Shown here: one piece after another, positions 51,956-63,600 of the stretch
How positions within the stretch are numbered: position 1 is the first letter of the stretch
How the letters are laid out: each line of letters opens with the position of its first letter
Assembly (NCBI GenBank): GCA_965215335.1
Contig: CBDCDA010000001.1
Span: 608,001 to 672,000 of the forward strand
DNA length: 64,000 nucleotides
Direction of reading: 5' to 3'
Origin: an uncultured Candidatus Entotheonella sp.
Lineage (GTDB): Bacteria > Tectomicrobia > Entotheonellia > Entotheonellales > Entotheonellaceae
Position numbers and translations under genes: made by a program
Notes under the pieces: generated by a model
The model's input: only the letters and a program-made list of their open reading frames with translations
What the model was told of the DNA's origin: nothing
Database searches by the model: none

Positions 51956-52282
51956 GTTCCCACCTCTGAGGAAATCAATATCCCTTGATTTCCTTCTGCT
52001 TTGAGGAAACGCCCAAGATGGGCAACGTAGAGAATCCGCCCAGCCCTGTCAATTTGCCGCGACGCAGCTGAATTCCTGATCTCCCACGACCCCGGAAGCG
52101 ACCGGGAACAACCCCCTTTCCGGAACGCTCCCGCGGCATTTGCGCCCCCAAAGGCGCTCTGCTATTCTAGCCTTCCGAAGCCAACGCCCGCTCTGTGACA
52201 ATTGCAAAATTCCGTTTGCCCGACCCTGGTCCCAGGCGCGAGATATTGTCCTCTTTGGTGTGAACATGAAGGAGATATCTCA

Positions 52283-53044
52283 ATGAATCGTCCTTTCATT
52301 CACGGGATCAACTTCGAGGAACGTCTACGCACCAAACTTGAAGCGTTGGGATGCCGTATCTACTACGATCAGACGTACGATCACCAGTACAAGCTCGACT
52401 TCATCGTGAACGGCTTTCGAGATGTGGCACGGCTACCGGAGCATATCGGCATACAAATCACGGCCAATAAAGACGATGTGACAAAGCAGCGTGACTTCGT
52501 TTACGTTCAGAAGAAAAACATCATCGTTCCCAAAGCGGTGTATTTGGAAGCCGACCCTACGGCTGACATTGAACAGGGTGCCGCCACGCTGGTCTATGCC
52601 GCACTCTTGACGCTGGTGTTCAATCGTGCTTACAAGTATCGTCGCGTCGTCGGTTTACGGCTGACCCGCAACTTCTCTTTCGAGTTCTTCGATCTCGAAG
52701 AGAATATCCGGCGCTTGCAAGACATGGAAAAGACCATCAAATCTCCGCGAGCCGTCACGCTCAGCGAAGAGCTGTTGCAGGGGAAAATCATCAACTTCAA
52801 TAAAGAAAAGGGGTATGGGTTTATTGAATGTGAGAGTCGGCCGAACAACGTCTTCTTTCACATCAGGAACGACGTTGGTGAAGAAGTCCTGACACGGATA
52901 GAAGCCGTCCAAGAAGAGTCAACGGGCTGGCGGCAGCTGGACATTCCGGTATCGTTCCGGGAAAAATCAGTCATTCGGTTTGGGGAAGACAAACCTGCCG
53001 CTTTCGATATCAAGCTGTTCTCCCAGACGCCTACGGGCATTTAG
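52283..53044 (+). CDS. Cold-shock-domain protein with an N-terminal PD-(D/E)xK-like region
   Basis: RBS AAGGAG; FEE...DHQYKLDF...GIQIT, then GKIINFNKEKGYGFI...VFFHI. Confidence 0.7.
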   Translation: MNRPFIHGINFEERLRTKLEALGCRIYYDQTYDHQYKLDFIVNGFRDVARLPEHIGIQITANKDDVTKQRDFVYVQKKNIIVPKAVYLEADPTADIEQGAATLVYAALLTLVFNRAYKYRRVVGLRLTRNFSFEFFDLEENIRRLQDMEKTIKSPRAVTLSEELLQGKIINFNKEKGYGFIECESRPNNVFFHIRNDVGEEVLTRIEAVQEESTGWRQLDIPVSFREKSVIRFGEDKPAAFDIKLFSQTPTGI

Positions 53045-53166
53045 CCTCTCACCCAGTCTACCGAAGAGCCTATCTCCTCTCACGGATCAGTGCAGCGCAA
53101 ACGAAACCACGATTCCGTCAGACGCCGGCGTTACGCGCCGCAAGCCGAATCCCTGTTCCTCACTCC

Positions 53167-54306
53167 TCACGGTAACGCCTGGAGGGTTACCGGCATGCTG
53201 CGGCGCTGGGCGTTGCGGATGAAGGTCACCTGCACGGTGTCGCCCACCTCGAACGCCGCCAGCGCGTCGTGGAGATCGTTCAGGGATGCTACCGGGTGCG
53301 TCTCCACGCTCACGATGACGTCGCCCAGGACCAACCTGCCCTGCGCGTTGCGTCCCGTGCCCCGCAGCCCGGCGGCCGCCGCGGCACCGGCCTCGATTAC
53401 GTCGAGCACCAGAACGCCGGGCAAGCCGAGCCGCCGCGCCGCGTCGTCATCGGCAAAGCGTGCGCCAAGACCCGGACGCACGACCCTGCCGTGACGCAAC
53501 AACTGCGGCACGACGCGATTGACGGTATCCACCGGTACCGCGAAACCGATCCCGGCGCTGGAACCCGACGGGCTGTAGATCGCCGTGTTGACGCCGATCA
53601 GCCGGCTGGCGCTGTCCAGCAGCGGACCGCCCGAATTGCCCGGATTGATCGCCGCGTCCGTCTGAATGACGCCCGTGATCGTCCGTCCCGTAACCGAGGT
53701 GATCTCCCGTCCCAGCGCGCTGATGATGCCCGTTGTCAGCGTTTGATCCAGCCCGAACGGATTGCCGATGGCGAACACTTTCTGCCCGACCTGCAGACCG
53801 GTGGAGGTGCCGATCGCGATCGGCCGAAGGCGGCGGCTCGGCGCGTTGATGTACAGCATGGCAAGGTCCTGGTCAGGCGCCACTCCGGCCAGACGGGCCT
53901 CCCACGTCGTGTGGTCTGCCAGGGTCACCCGGGCCGCGCTGGCGCCTTGAATGACGTGAAAATTCGTAATGACGTGGCCCTCGTCGTCCCACACGAACCC
54001 CGACCCCGTACCCTGCGGAATTTCGAACATGTTGAGGCTGTAACGGCCCGTCCGCAGCGCCACCGTGGTGATGTAGACGACGGACGGTGAAGCGTTGCGG
54101 AACAGTTCAATCGTGGTCTGCTCGTCCTGGGCCAGTTCGCCTCGCGGCGTGATGGCCCGCGGCACCGCGTCGGGGTCGTACACGCCGAGGTCGAAGCGGT
54201 TCACGAACAGCCAGACGAGTGCCAGGAGGAGAAGCCCCAAGGCCCACAGGCGCCAGCGCCTGATGGACTCGTATGAGGAACGTTGCGGGTCGTCAGCGGG
54301 GTGCAT
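53167..54306 (-). CDS. HtrA/DegP-like serine protease with a PDZ domain
   Basis: TM anchor; GSGF, TNFHV, DLA, GNSGGPL; C-terminal PDZ. Confidence 0.93.
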   Translation of the reverse strand: MHPADDPQRSSYESIRRWRLWALGLLLLALVWLFVNRFDLGVYDPDAVPRAITPRGELAQDEQTTIELFRNASPSVVYITTVALRTGRYSLNMFEIPQGTGSGFVWDDEGHVITNFHVIQGASAARVTLADHTTWEARLAGVAPDQDLAMLYINAPSRRLRPIAIGTSTGLQVGQKVFAIGNPFGLDQTLTTGIISALGREITSVTGRTITGVIQTDAAINPGNSGGPLLDSASRLIGVNTAIYSPSGSSAGIGFAVPVDTVNRVVPQLLRHGRVVRPGLGARFADDDAARRLGLPGVLVLDVIEAGAAAAAGLRGTGRNAQGRLVLGDVIVSVETHPVASLNDLHDALAAFEVGDTVQVTFIRNAQRRSMPVTLQALP

Positions 54307-54398
54307 GGTTTTTCGTCTCCAGGAACAGATAGCGGATGGGACATTCTAGGAGCGCCGGAACGCCTGAGGCAAACGTGCATGATACAGAGGAAACAGCC

Positions 54399-55127
54399 AT
54401 GAACGACAGCAATCCCAACCCCCAACAACTGCTGAAAAGCGCCGTCGGACAGGCCGCCGCTGCCCGCGTGGCCTCCGGCAGTGTGGTGGGACTCGGCACC
54501 GGCTCCACCGCGGCGTTCGCCATCGAGCACCTCGGCCGGCGCCTGCGGGCAGGCGACCTCACGGACGTTCGCGGCGTTCCCACGTCCTTCGACGCCGCCA
54601 GCCTGGCAAGACGCAGCGGCATTCCCCTCATCACCCTGGACGATGCGCCCCGCATCCACGTCGCCATCGACGGCGCCGACGAGGTGAACCCGGATTTGGC
54701 GCTGATCAAAGGGGGCGGCGCGGCCCACACCCAGGAAAAAATCGTCGACGCCCACGCCGACCTGTTCATCGTCATCGTCGATGACAGGAAGCTGGTGCAA
54801 CGCCTCGGTTCGACGTTCGCCGTGCCCGTCGAGCTGTTGCCGATGGCCGTCGTACCCGTCACGTGTGCCATCGAGCGCCTGGGCGGGCGTCCACGACTTC
54901 GGATGGGCGCGAAGAAAATCGGCCCCCTGATTACCGACCAGGGCAACATGCTGCTGGACGTCACCTTCGATGCCATCGACGACCCGGCGCACCTCGAACG
55001 GACCTTGAACAACATTCCCGGCGTCGTCGAAAACGGCCTGTTCGCGGGCCTCGCCGACCTGGTGCTGGTGGGCGAGATCATCGACGGCAAGCCGCACGTC
55101 CGGGAGCTGTCGCGCCCCGCGGCATGA
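54399..55127 (+). CDS. rpiA: Ribose-5-phosphate isomerase A
   Basis: [25 protein letters not shown]. Confidence 0.96.
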   Translation: MNDSNPNPQQLLKSAVGQAAAARVASGSVVGLGTGSTAAFAIEHLGRRLRAGDLTDVRGVPTSFDAASLARRSGIPLITLDDAPRIHVAIDGADEVNPDLALIKGGGAAHTQEKIVDAHADLFIVIVDDRKLVQRLGSTFAVPVELLPMAVVPVTCAIERLGGRPRLRMGAKKIGPLITDQGNMLLDVTFDAIDDPAHLERTLNNIPGVVENGLFAGLADLVLVGEIIDGKPHVRELSRPAA

Positions 55128-55194
55128 ACGGCCCGGCGCCGTTTGCGACACTCCGGCCAACCCGTTACAATGGCTGCCTTTTCAGGAGGACCGC

Positions 55195-56145
55195 ATGGCA
55201 AGCATCAAGATGGGCATTGGCTTGGGCCTGTGGCATCGCGGCATGCCGGATGCCGCGACACTGTTCGAATACGTCGACAAGGCCGAGGCTTGGGGTGTCG
55301 ATTCCGTCTGGCTCAGCGACCACATGACGGGAAGCCGCGAAGAGGTGGCCATCGTTCCCATGATGGCGGCGATCGCGGCCCGTACCCGGCGCCTCAAATT
55401 CGGCCCCAGCGTCATGATGCTGCCTCTCCGCCACCCCATCGCGGTGGCCCGTGAGGTGGCGACGCTGGCTTACCTGTCGAACGGACGCATGATCATGGCC
55501 GCCGGGCTCGGCGCCGACAAGCAGGAAGCCGAGGCGTTCAAGGTGCCGCTCAAGTCGCGCGGCGGCATGACCGACGAAAGCCTCGCCATCCTGCGCCGCC
55601 TGTGGCGGGAAACCGACGTCACCCACCGCGGCAAGCACTACCAGTTCGAACACGTGACGATTACCCCGCGTCCGGCACGGAAGATCGACATCTGGATCGG
55701 CGGGCGCAGCGACGCCGCGCTCAAACGGGTGGCGCGCGTCGGCGACGGCTGGTTCGCTTCCTTCGTTACGCCACAGGAGTTCGCTGCGGGCATCGAAAAG
55801 ATCGGCACCTTTGCACAGGAATACGGGCGACAGACCGAGGACATCGAGTCCGGCAGCATCGTCTTTTGCCACGTCGGCCCCGATGGCGACAAGGCCCGAC
55901 GGGACTTCGCCGCCTTTTTTGCCGGCAACCCCCGCCGGCCGCCGGAGATGATGCTCGAACGCAGCGCCGTGGGAACGCCCGCTGAATGCCGCGAGATCCT
56001 GCAACGGTATTGCGAGCACGGTCTGACCAAGTACGCCCTGTGGCCGGCCTGCCCGCCCGACCAGATCATCCGGCAACTGGCCTTCTACGTGCAAGACATC
56101 ATGCCCGGTTTCGAGTGCCGTAACGCGCCCGTCGCGGCACCGTAA
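55195..56145 (+). CDS. LLM-class flavin-dependent oxidoreductase
   Basis: DSVWLSDH, PLRHP, IWIGG, GDGW. Confidence 0.85.
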   Translation: MASIKMGIGLGLWHRGMPDAATLFEYVDKAEAWGVDSVWLSDHMTGSREEVAIVPMMAAIAARTRRLKFGPSVMMLPLRHPIAVAREVATLAYLSNGRMIMAAGLGADKQEAEAFKVPLKSRGGMTDESLAILRRLWRETDVTHRGKHYQFEHVTITPRPARKIDIWIGGRSDAALKRVARVGDGWFASFVTPQEFAAGIEKIGTFAQEYGRQTEDIESGSIVFCHVGPDGDKARRDFAAFFAGNPRRPPEMMLERSAVGTPAECREILQRYCEHGLTKYALWPACPPDQIIRQLAFYVQDIMPGFECRNAPVAAP

Positions 56146-56175
56146 GCGCCGAACCGTCCGCCGCCGAAGGTACGC

Positions 56176-57129
56176 ATGCGCCCCTGCAACTCTCCCCAAT
56201 GGCCGTGGCCCCCTGGCCCGGCCTGGAACGCTCCGGCACACGACTGGATGGCCGTTCCTCCAATGGCCGCAACGATACCCTGCCGCCGGTCCTGCGTCCT
56301 GCACGTGCTGCTGTTTTTTGCCACCCTGGTCACGACCGTCCTGGCGGGGATGGTCTGGGAGGGCCTCGATCCGCTGGCGCGCCCCGACCTCTTCTACCGT
56401 GGCCTGCCGTACGCCGCCACGCTCATGGCCATCCTCCTGTGCCACGAAATGGGGCATTACCTGACGGCGCGCTATTACGGCATGGACGTGACCTTGCCGT
56501 ACTTCATCCCCTCGCCGATTCCGCCGGTGGGCACCTTCGGCGCCTTCATCCGCATGAAATCGCCGCCGCTCAACCGGCGCGCCTTGCTCTACGTCGCCGC
56601 CGCCGGGCCGATTGCCGGCTTCTGCGTGGCGCTGCCCGCCATGCTCTACGGCTATGCGACGTCCGAGGTGGTCACGAATTCGCAGGCGGGATTCGGTTTC
56701 AGGCTGGGCGAGCCGCTGTTGCTGCAGATGATCAGCCAGGCCGTGGTCGGCTCGCTGCCGCCGGAGACTACCCTGAGCCTCAACAGCGTCGGCATGGCCG
56801 CCTGGTTCGGCATCCTGGTGACGATGTTCAATCTGCTCCCCATGGGCCAGCTCGACGGTGGGCACATCGTCTACGCCTTTGTGGGGACGCGCGCTCGTTA
56901 CGTCACCTGGGCACTTGTTGCCGCGCTCGCAGCCATGGGCCTTCTGGTGTGGGAAGGCTGGTTCGTCTGGGCGTTCATCGGCTTGTTCGTCAGCCGCCGC
57001 CATCCGACGCTCATAGACCCCTGCGCGTCCCTCGACCGCCGCAGCCGGGCCGTTGCCGGCCTCGCCTTCGCCATCTTCATCCTGTGCTTCATGCCGCTGC
57101 CGATTCAGCTTGTCTCCTTCGGGCCGTAA
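56176..57129 (+). CDS. Site-2 protease (M50) family
   Basis: HEMGH, AGPIAG, NLLPMGQLDGGH; start uncertain. Confidence 0.9.
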   Translation: MRPCNSPQWPWPPGPAWNAPAHDWMAVPPMAATIPCRRSCVLHVLLFFATLVTTVLAGMVWEGLDPLARPDLFYRGLPYAATLMAILLCHEMGHYLTARYYGMDVTLPYFIPSPIPPVGTFGAFIRMKSPPLNRRALLYVAAAGPIAGFCVALPAMLYGYATSEVVTNSQAGFGFRLGEPLLLQMISQAVVGSLPPETTLSLNSVGMAAWFGILVTMFNLLPMGQLDGGHIVYAFVGTRARYVTWALVAALAAMGLLVWEGWFVWAFIGLFVSRRHPTLIDPCASLDRRSRAVAGLAFAIFILCFMPLPIQLVSFGP

Positions 57130-58679
57130 CCCCCGCCGCCGGGCGTGGCAATCGTCAGCCGGTCCCCCGGCCGTACCCGCCGGCTGAACTTCGACGGCAA
57201 CTTTTTTCGCCGCTCGTCGTGCCGCAGAACCGTCTCGCCGCTCTTGCCCGGCTCGCCGCCCGCCAACCCGTAGGGACGGCTCTTGCGCCGGTCCGACAGC
57301 AGCGTCACCTGCGCCTCGGCGAGGAATTCCACCTCCCGGACAATCCCGTCGCCGCCCGCGAAGCGCCCCTTGCCGCCCGAATTGCGGCGGATGGCGTAGC
57401 GCGTGATGCGGAACGGGAAGGCATGTTCCAGTGCCTCGACCGGCGTGTTCAGCGTGTTGGTCATGTGCGCGTGCGTGGCGTGCAGGCCGGGCAGGCCGGG
57501 ACGCCCACCGGTGCCACCGGCAATCGTCTCGTAGTAGGTATACGGCCCTTCCTTGCGGGTGTCGTATCCCCCGATGGTGATGTTGTTCATGGTGCCGCTG
57601 CACGCCGCCGCGACGCGCGCCGGCAGCGCCTGCGACAGCGCCCCGAGCACCACGTCGACGATGCGCTGCGAGGTCTCGACGTTGCCGCCCGCCACGGCGC
57701 TGGGAAAGGTGCAATGGACCACGGTACCCTCGTCGGCCGCGATCCGTATGGGCACCATGCAGCCGTGGTTGAAGGGAAACTGCTGCGCCGCCAGCGTGCG
57801 AATGCAGTAATACACTGCCGACATGGTGACCGCCCAGTTGGCGTTCACGCTGCCGCGCACCTGGGCGTCGGTGCCGTCGAAATCGACCTCCACCTCCGTG
57901 TCGCTCACCCGCACGGTCACCCGGATGCGCACCGGCTCCAGCTCGATGCCGTCATCGTCCATCACGTCTTCAAAACGGTAGTCGCCATCGGGAATCGCGT
58001 CGATCACATGCCGCGTCATGCGTTCCGAGTAGTTCAGCAACTCGTCGCAGTAATGCAGCACCTCCGGCAGCCCGTACTTGTCGATGACCTCCTGCAGCCG
58101 CCGCTCGCCGGTGCGGTTGGCGGCGATCTGGGCCGTCAGGTCGCCCTCGCGCTCGCGCGGCGTGCGCACGTTGGCCAGGATCAGGCGCAGCAGGTCCTGC
58201 TGCACGCGCCCGTCCGCCATGATCCTGACCGGCGGAATGCGGATGCCTTCCTGGAACACCTCGGTCGACAGCGGCATCGAGCCGGGCGTCATGCCCCCCA
58301 CGTCGGCGTGGTGGGCGCGATTGGCCGCGAAGAAGGACGGCCGCTGGGCGCTGCCGACAAAAATGGGCGTCACCAGCGTGATGTCCGGCAGATGGGTGCC
58401 GCCGCCGTACGGATCGTTCACCAGCACGCCGTCGCCGGGCGCCATGTCCACGTGTTCGAGGGCGTGCAGCACGGACATCGGCATGGCGCCCAGATGCACC
58501 GGGATGTGCTCGGCCTGCGCGATCATGCGGCCCTCGCCGTCGAACAGTGCGCACGAAAAATCCTTGCGCTCCTTGATGTTGGGCGAGAACGCCGTGCGAC
58601 ACAGCGTCACGCCCATTTCCTCGGCAATGCCGCTGAGCAGGTTCTTGAACACTTCCAGGCGAATGGGGTCGTAAGCCAT
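57105..58679 (-). CDS. Hydantoinase B / oxoprolinase family
   Basis: SPNIKERKDFSCA, HIPVHLG, NDPYGGGTHLPD, TPGGGGYG. Confidence 0.93.
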   Translation of the reverse strand: MAYDPIRLEVFKNLLSGIAEEMGVTLCRTAFSPNIKERKDFSCALFDGEGRMIAQAEHIPVHLGAMPMSVLHALEHVDMAPGDGVLVNDPYGGGTHLPDITLVTPIFVGSAQRPSFFAANRAHHADVGGMTPGSMPLSTEVFQEGIRIPPVRIMADGRVQQDLLRLILANVRTPREREGDLTAQIAANRTGERRLQEVIDKYGLPEVLHYCDELLNYSERMTRHVIDAIPDGDYRFEDVMDDDGIELEPVRIRVTVRVSDTEVEVDFDGTDAQVRGSVNANWAVTMSAVYYCIRTLAAQQFPFNHGCMVPIRIAADEGTVVHCTFPSAVAGGNVETSQRIVDVVLGALSQALPARVAAACSGTMNNITIGGYDTRKEGPYTYYETIAGGTGGRPGLPGLHATHAHMTNTLNTPVEALEHAFPFRITRYAIRRNSGGKGRFAGGDGIVREVEFLAEAQVTLLSDRRKSRPYGLAGGEPGKSGETVLRHDERRKKLPSKFSRRVRPGDRLTIATPGGGGYGPKETS

Positions 58680-58705
58680 GCGTACCTCCATTGGGCGTGC
58701 TGGTT

Positions 58706-60679
58706 TTACCGCCGCTGCAGCACCAGGTTGCAGTAATTGTCGATGCGCACCGTGAAATCATCCGGCACCACGGTGGTGGCGCTGTATTCGGTGATCAGCG
58801 CCGGCCCGGCCAGCACCTGGCCGGGCTGCAGGCGCTGGCGGTCGTAAACCGGGGTTTGCAGCCACCCCCCTTCGCCCCACATGGACACCGTGTCGATGTG
58901 CGCGTCACCGCCGTCGCTGCCGTCCGCCACCCGCAGTGGGCGATGCGCCACGCCGGCCGGCCCCACCACCCGGATGCGCACGTTGACGACCTGCGTCGCC
59001 CGCGCGCTATCGGCGTAGCCATAACGGCTCTCGTGCCGCCGGTGAAACTCGTCGCTGCAGCGGTCGCTCCACGGCACCACCAGCTCGAACGACTGCCCCG
59101 CGTAGCACATGTCAACGAAACGACTGATCTCGATGGCCTGCGGCGCCACCCCTTCCGCCCGCATCGTCTCCCGACCGCGCGCCTCCAGTTCCTCGAACGC
59201 CGCCGCCGCCCGCTCGCGCGTCAGCGCCGCCGCCGGGACCAGCAGGGTCTGGGCGTATTCCTGCACGTAATCGGACACCAGCATGCCGTAGGCCGACAGG
59301 ATGCCGGGATGCGCCGGCACCAGCACCGTGGGGATGGACAAGCGCCGCGCCAGATCGGCCGCGTGCATGCCGCCGGCGCCGCCGAACGACACCAGGGCAA
59401 ACTCGCGCGGGTCGTGGCCGCGCTCCACCGAGATGACGCGGATGGCGCCTTCCATGTTGGCGTTCACCACCTCCAGGATGCCCTGGCACAGCACCTCCGG
59501 GCTCAGGCCGGCGCGCGCCGCGAAGTCCGCCACCGCCGCACGGGTGCGCGGCGCGTCCAGCCGCATGCCGCCGCCCAGGAATCCGTCCGGGTGCAGGCGG
59601 CCCAGGTACAGGTTGGCGTCGGTGACGGTCAGCCCCGAGCCTTTCCCGTAACACACCGGCCCCGGGTCGGCGCCCGCGCTCCGCGGGCCGACCTGGAGCG
59701 CGCCGCCCGGATCGATGGCGGCCAGCGAGCCGCCGCCCGCCCCCACCGTGTGGATGTCCAGCACCGGCACCTTGACCGGGCAGCCCGCCACGATCGTCTC
59801 CGTGGTCGTGCGTGGTTGCTCCTCGCACAGCGACACGTCCGTGGACGTGCCACCCATGTCGAAGGTGATGACGCGGGAATAGCCGACCTCGCGGGCGCTG
59901 CGAAACGCCCCCACAACGCCGCCCGCCGGGCCGGACAACACCGTGTGCACGGCTTCCTGGTGCGCCCGCGCCGCCGACATCACTCCGCCGTTGGAGCGCA
60001 TCACCCGCAGCCTGGCGCCTTGCAGCGCTTCGGACAGGCTGCGCAGGTAACGCTGCATTACCGGGCGCAGATAGGCGTTCACCACCGTGGTGCTGCAGCG
60101 CTCGTACTCGCGGAACTCCGGCAGCACCTGATGCGACACCGACACCGGAATGCCGAGCCGCCGCGCCGCCTGCATGATGGCCGCCTCGTGCACCGGGTTG
60201 GCGTAGGCGTGCAGCAGGCAGACGGCCAGCGACTGCGCCCCGGAACGCCGCACGCGCTCGACAACCCGCTCGATCTCCAACGGCGCCAGAGGCTCCAGCA
60301 CCTCACCGTCGTAGGCCAGGCGTTCGGCGATGCCGAACCGCATGCGCGCCGGCACCAGCGGCGGCAGCTTCTCCACGAACGGGTCGTACAGGTGCGGGCG
60401 CGTCTGCCGCCCGATTTCCAGCACGTCCTCGAATCCCCGCGTCGCCACCAGCGCCGTGCGGGCGCCCTGGCGCTCCAGCAGCGCATTGGTCGCCACGGTG
60501 GAGCCGTGCACCACCTCCACCCCGGCGAGGTCGGGACACAGGTGCTCCAGCCCCGCCAGTACCGCCTGCGCCGGGTCGTCAGGCGTGGACAGAACCTTGT
60601 GAATCACCGGCGCGCCGTCCTTGATACGGATGAAATCGCTGAACGTGCCGCCGGTATCAACGCCAATATGACTAACCAT
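58706..60679 (-). CDS. Hydantoinase A / oxoprolinase family
   Basis: [36 protein letters not shown]. Confidence 0.93.
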   Translation of the reverse strand: MVSHIGVDTGGTFSDFIRIKDGAPVIHKVLSTPDDPAQAVLAGLEHLCPDLAGVEVVHGSTVATNALLERQGARTALVATRGFEDVLEIGRQTRPHLYDPFVEKLPPLVPARMRFGIAERLAYDGEVLEPLAPLEIERVVERVRRSGAQSLAVCLLHAYANPVHEAAIMQAARRLGIPVSVSHQVLPEFREYERCSTTVVNAYLRPVMQRYLRSLSEALQGARLRVMRSNGGVMSAARAHQEAVHTVLSGPAGGVVGAFRSAREVGYSRVITFDMGGTSTDVSLCEEQPRTTTETIVAGCPVKVPVLDIHTVGAGGGSLAAIDPGGALQVGPRSAGADPGPVCYGKGSGLTVTDANLYLGRLHPDGFLGGGMRLDAPRTRAAVADFAARAGLSPEVLCQGILEVVNANMEGAIRVISVERGHDPREFALVSFGGAGGMHAADLARRLSIPTVLVPAHPGILSAYGMLVSDYVQEYAQTLLVPAAALTRERAAAAFEELEARGRETMRAEGVAPQAIEISRFVDMCYAGQSFELVVPWSDRCSDEFHRRHESRYGYADSARATQVVNVRIRVVGPAGVAHRPLRVADGSDGGDAHIDTVSMWGEGGWLQTPVYDRQRLQPGQVLAGPALITEYSATTVVPDDFTVRIDNYCNLVLQRR

Positions 60680-63600
60680 TTATGCTGACTCCGTTGCGAT
60701 CGTCCTCACGTTTTCCGTCCAGAACGTCGACGACCTCGGCGACAACCTGCAATTGTCCCTCGTCCGCGCCGGTCAGAACGATTGGCGCGAAGTCCCTGTT
60801 GACCGGTTTGAGCGTAATCCTGGCATGGCGCCAGGCGTCCCCATCGCTCGCCTTTTCGCTCTGGTAACGCTTGACGGTGTAACGCTGGCCGCTCTCCGGG
60901 TCGGTGCCGTCGCGCATCTGCACGAGCACCGTCTTCCCCTGGCGCGTGCCCGCCACGGGCGCGGCGAAGAGACAGTACGCGCCGTCAGGGATACGCGGCT
61001 CCATGGACCTGCCGACCACCTGGGCGACGAACATGCCGCGACGGAGGCGGCGTGTGGTGTCGACGGCTACCCACGCAAAGCCATCGTCGTCGAGGTGCTG
61101 GGAGTCGCTGAAGGCGCCAGCGGCGGCTTTGAGCGGCACGAGGGGCACACAGGTGACGTAGCGCTCCTCTGGCCGGGGCTCGACGACGCGCAGGCGGGGC
61201 GGCAGCGCGTCGCGCGCCGCCTGCCCCGGCCCTCGGCTGCCGGCGTCGCTCGTCAGGCGTCGATACGCTTCCGATGCCATCCGCTCCGTCACGGCGTTCT
61301 GAAAGGACGCGTCGTTCATGAAGCGGACGAAAATGCCCTCGTTCTGATCCATGCGCTCGACGAACAGATTCTCGAGCAACCCCTTGAACACCAACTCGAA
61401 CTTGTCTCCCGGGTTGACCGCCGCCGCCTGCCGCACCCCGTCGTCGGCCAGCGCCGCTGCGACGATCTGGTCGAAGAAAAGCTGGTCCGCCTGGTTGAAA
61501 TCCGTGCCGAAGCGCTCGTTCAGAGCGTCGACGAGTTGCGAGAGCGGCACCGCCTGCGGGCGCGCCATGCCGCTGCCGACCTCCGTTGGCCCGTCGAGCC
61601 GCCGTGCCTCGCCGCCTTGAAGCGCGATGGACCCCTCGCTGATCTTCTGCAGGCGGTAGTATTCGAGCCGCACCTCGTCATCGAACCGATACGCCGGCCC
61701 GCTCTTGCGGCGCGGCAGCTTTGCCGCGAGATGGCGGAGGAACACGTACAGCCGCTCGAGATCCGAGTCCTGGTACGGGATCACCTGGCTCAGGAACGCA
61801 TACAGGTTCAAGAACGCCTGCAGCTTGCCGCGCCAGTCTTCCGCCTCTTCCTCGTTCTCGTCCCGGCGGGCCGCGAAGCGCGCTACGGCCGGATCGATGG
61901 CGGCGTTCATGGTGCGGTGATCCGCGGCACTCTGCCGCTGCTTCGGTGCAAAATAGACACCGCAGAACCGCTCGACCTCCTCGCCCAGGTAAACGCCTGA
62001 AGCGTCCAGTTCGCCCTTGACCGCGTACATGCGGGCGGGGTCCACTTCCTCACCCATGGCGGCGCCTTCGTAATAGGTCTTGAAGGCTTCCTGAATCTCC
62101 TCCCGGTCGTTGACGAAGTCGAGCACGAAGGTGTCTTCCTTGCGTGGATGAACCCGGTTCAGCCGTGACAGCGTCTGCACGGCCTGAATGCCCGCCAGCC
62201 GCTTGTCCACGTACATCGTGTGCAGGAGCGGTTGATCGAACCCGGTCTGGTACTTCTCCGCGACGAGCAGCACCTGATACGCCGGCGTCGCGAACTTCTC
62301 CGGCAACTCCTTCTCGGGGAGGCCGTGATTCATGCCCGGCTCGGTATGGGTGACGCCGGCGAGCTCGTCGTCCGCCACCGTGCCCGAGAAGGCCACCAGC
62401 GACCTGATGGCGTACCCCTTCTCGCGAATGTAGCGATCGAAGCCCTGCTTGTAGCGCACCGCTTCGAGACGCGACCCCGTCACCACCATCGCCTTGGCGC
62501 GGCCGCCGATCTTGTGCCGGGTGACCGCCTCGAAATGTTCGACCATCACCTCGGTTTTCTGCGCCACGTTGTGCGGGTGCAGCCTCATGAACCGCGCCAG
62601 CGCCCGCGCCGCCTTCTTGCGCTCGACGTTGGGATCGTCGTCGCACGCCTTGAGCAGGTTGAAGTACGTCCTGTAGGTCGTGTAGAACTTCAGCACGTCG
62701 AGGATGAACCCTTCCTCGATCGCCTGGCGCATGGTGTAGCGGTGCACGGGCCGCCCATGGCGGCCGAACACGGCCAGCGTCTTGTGCTTGGGCGTGGCGG
62801 TGAAGGCGAAGAAGCTCAGGTTCGCCTGCCTGCCGCGCTTGGCCATGCTGCGGAACAACGCCTCCAGGTCTTCCCGGCCTTCCGCCGCCGCCCGCTGCCT
62901 GGCCGCTTCGCGCAGCGCCTCGCCGCCGAGCACTTCCTTGAGGTCGGTCGCCGTCTCGCCGCCCTGGGAGCTGTGGGCTTCATCGACGATCACGGCGCAA
63001 CGCCGGGTGGCGAGCGTACCCGTTCCGGTGGTGCCGCGTTCCTCGGCCAGCCTGAGCAGATGACGCGAGACGAACGGGAATTTTTGCAGGGTGGTAATGA
63101 TCACCGGAACCGCGTGATCGAGCGCTTCGGCGAGTTGTCGCGAGCTTTCGTCGATGCGCTGCACGACGCCGCGCTTGTGCTCGAACTGGTAGATGGTGTC
63201 CTGGAGCTGCTGGTCCAGCACGACGCGATCCGTCACCACGACCACGCTATCGAAGACGCGATCGTTGGCCGCGTCGTGCAGGGACGCGAGACGATGCGCC
63301 AGCCAGGCGATCGTGTTGCTCTTGCCGCTTCCCGCGGAATGCTCGACGAGGTAGTTGTTGCCCGCGCTCTCGCGGCGCGCGGCGTCCACCAGCGTGCGCA
63401 CCGCCTCGAGCTGGTGGTAGCGGGGAAAGATCATCGACTCGGTCCTGACCTTGCGGCCCTGGTCGTCGCGTTTCTCTGCGGTCTGCAAGTGAATGAAGCG
63501 GGCGAGGATGTCGAGCAGGCTGTCACGCCGCAGCACCTCTTCCCACAGGTAGGCGGTGCGGTAGGTACGGCCCGCCGGATCAGGCGGATTCCCGGCGGCG

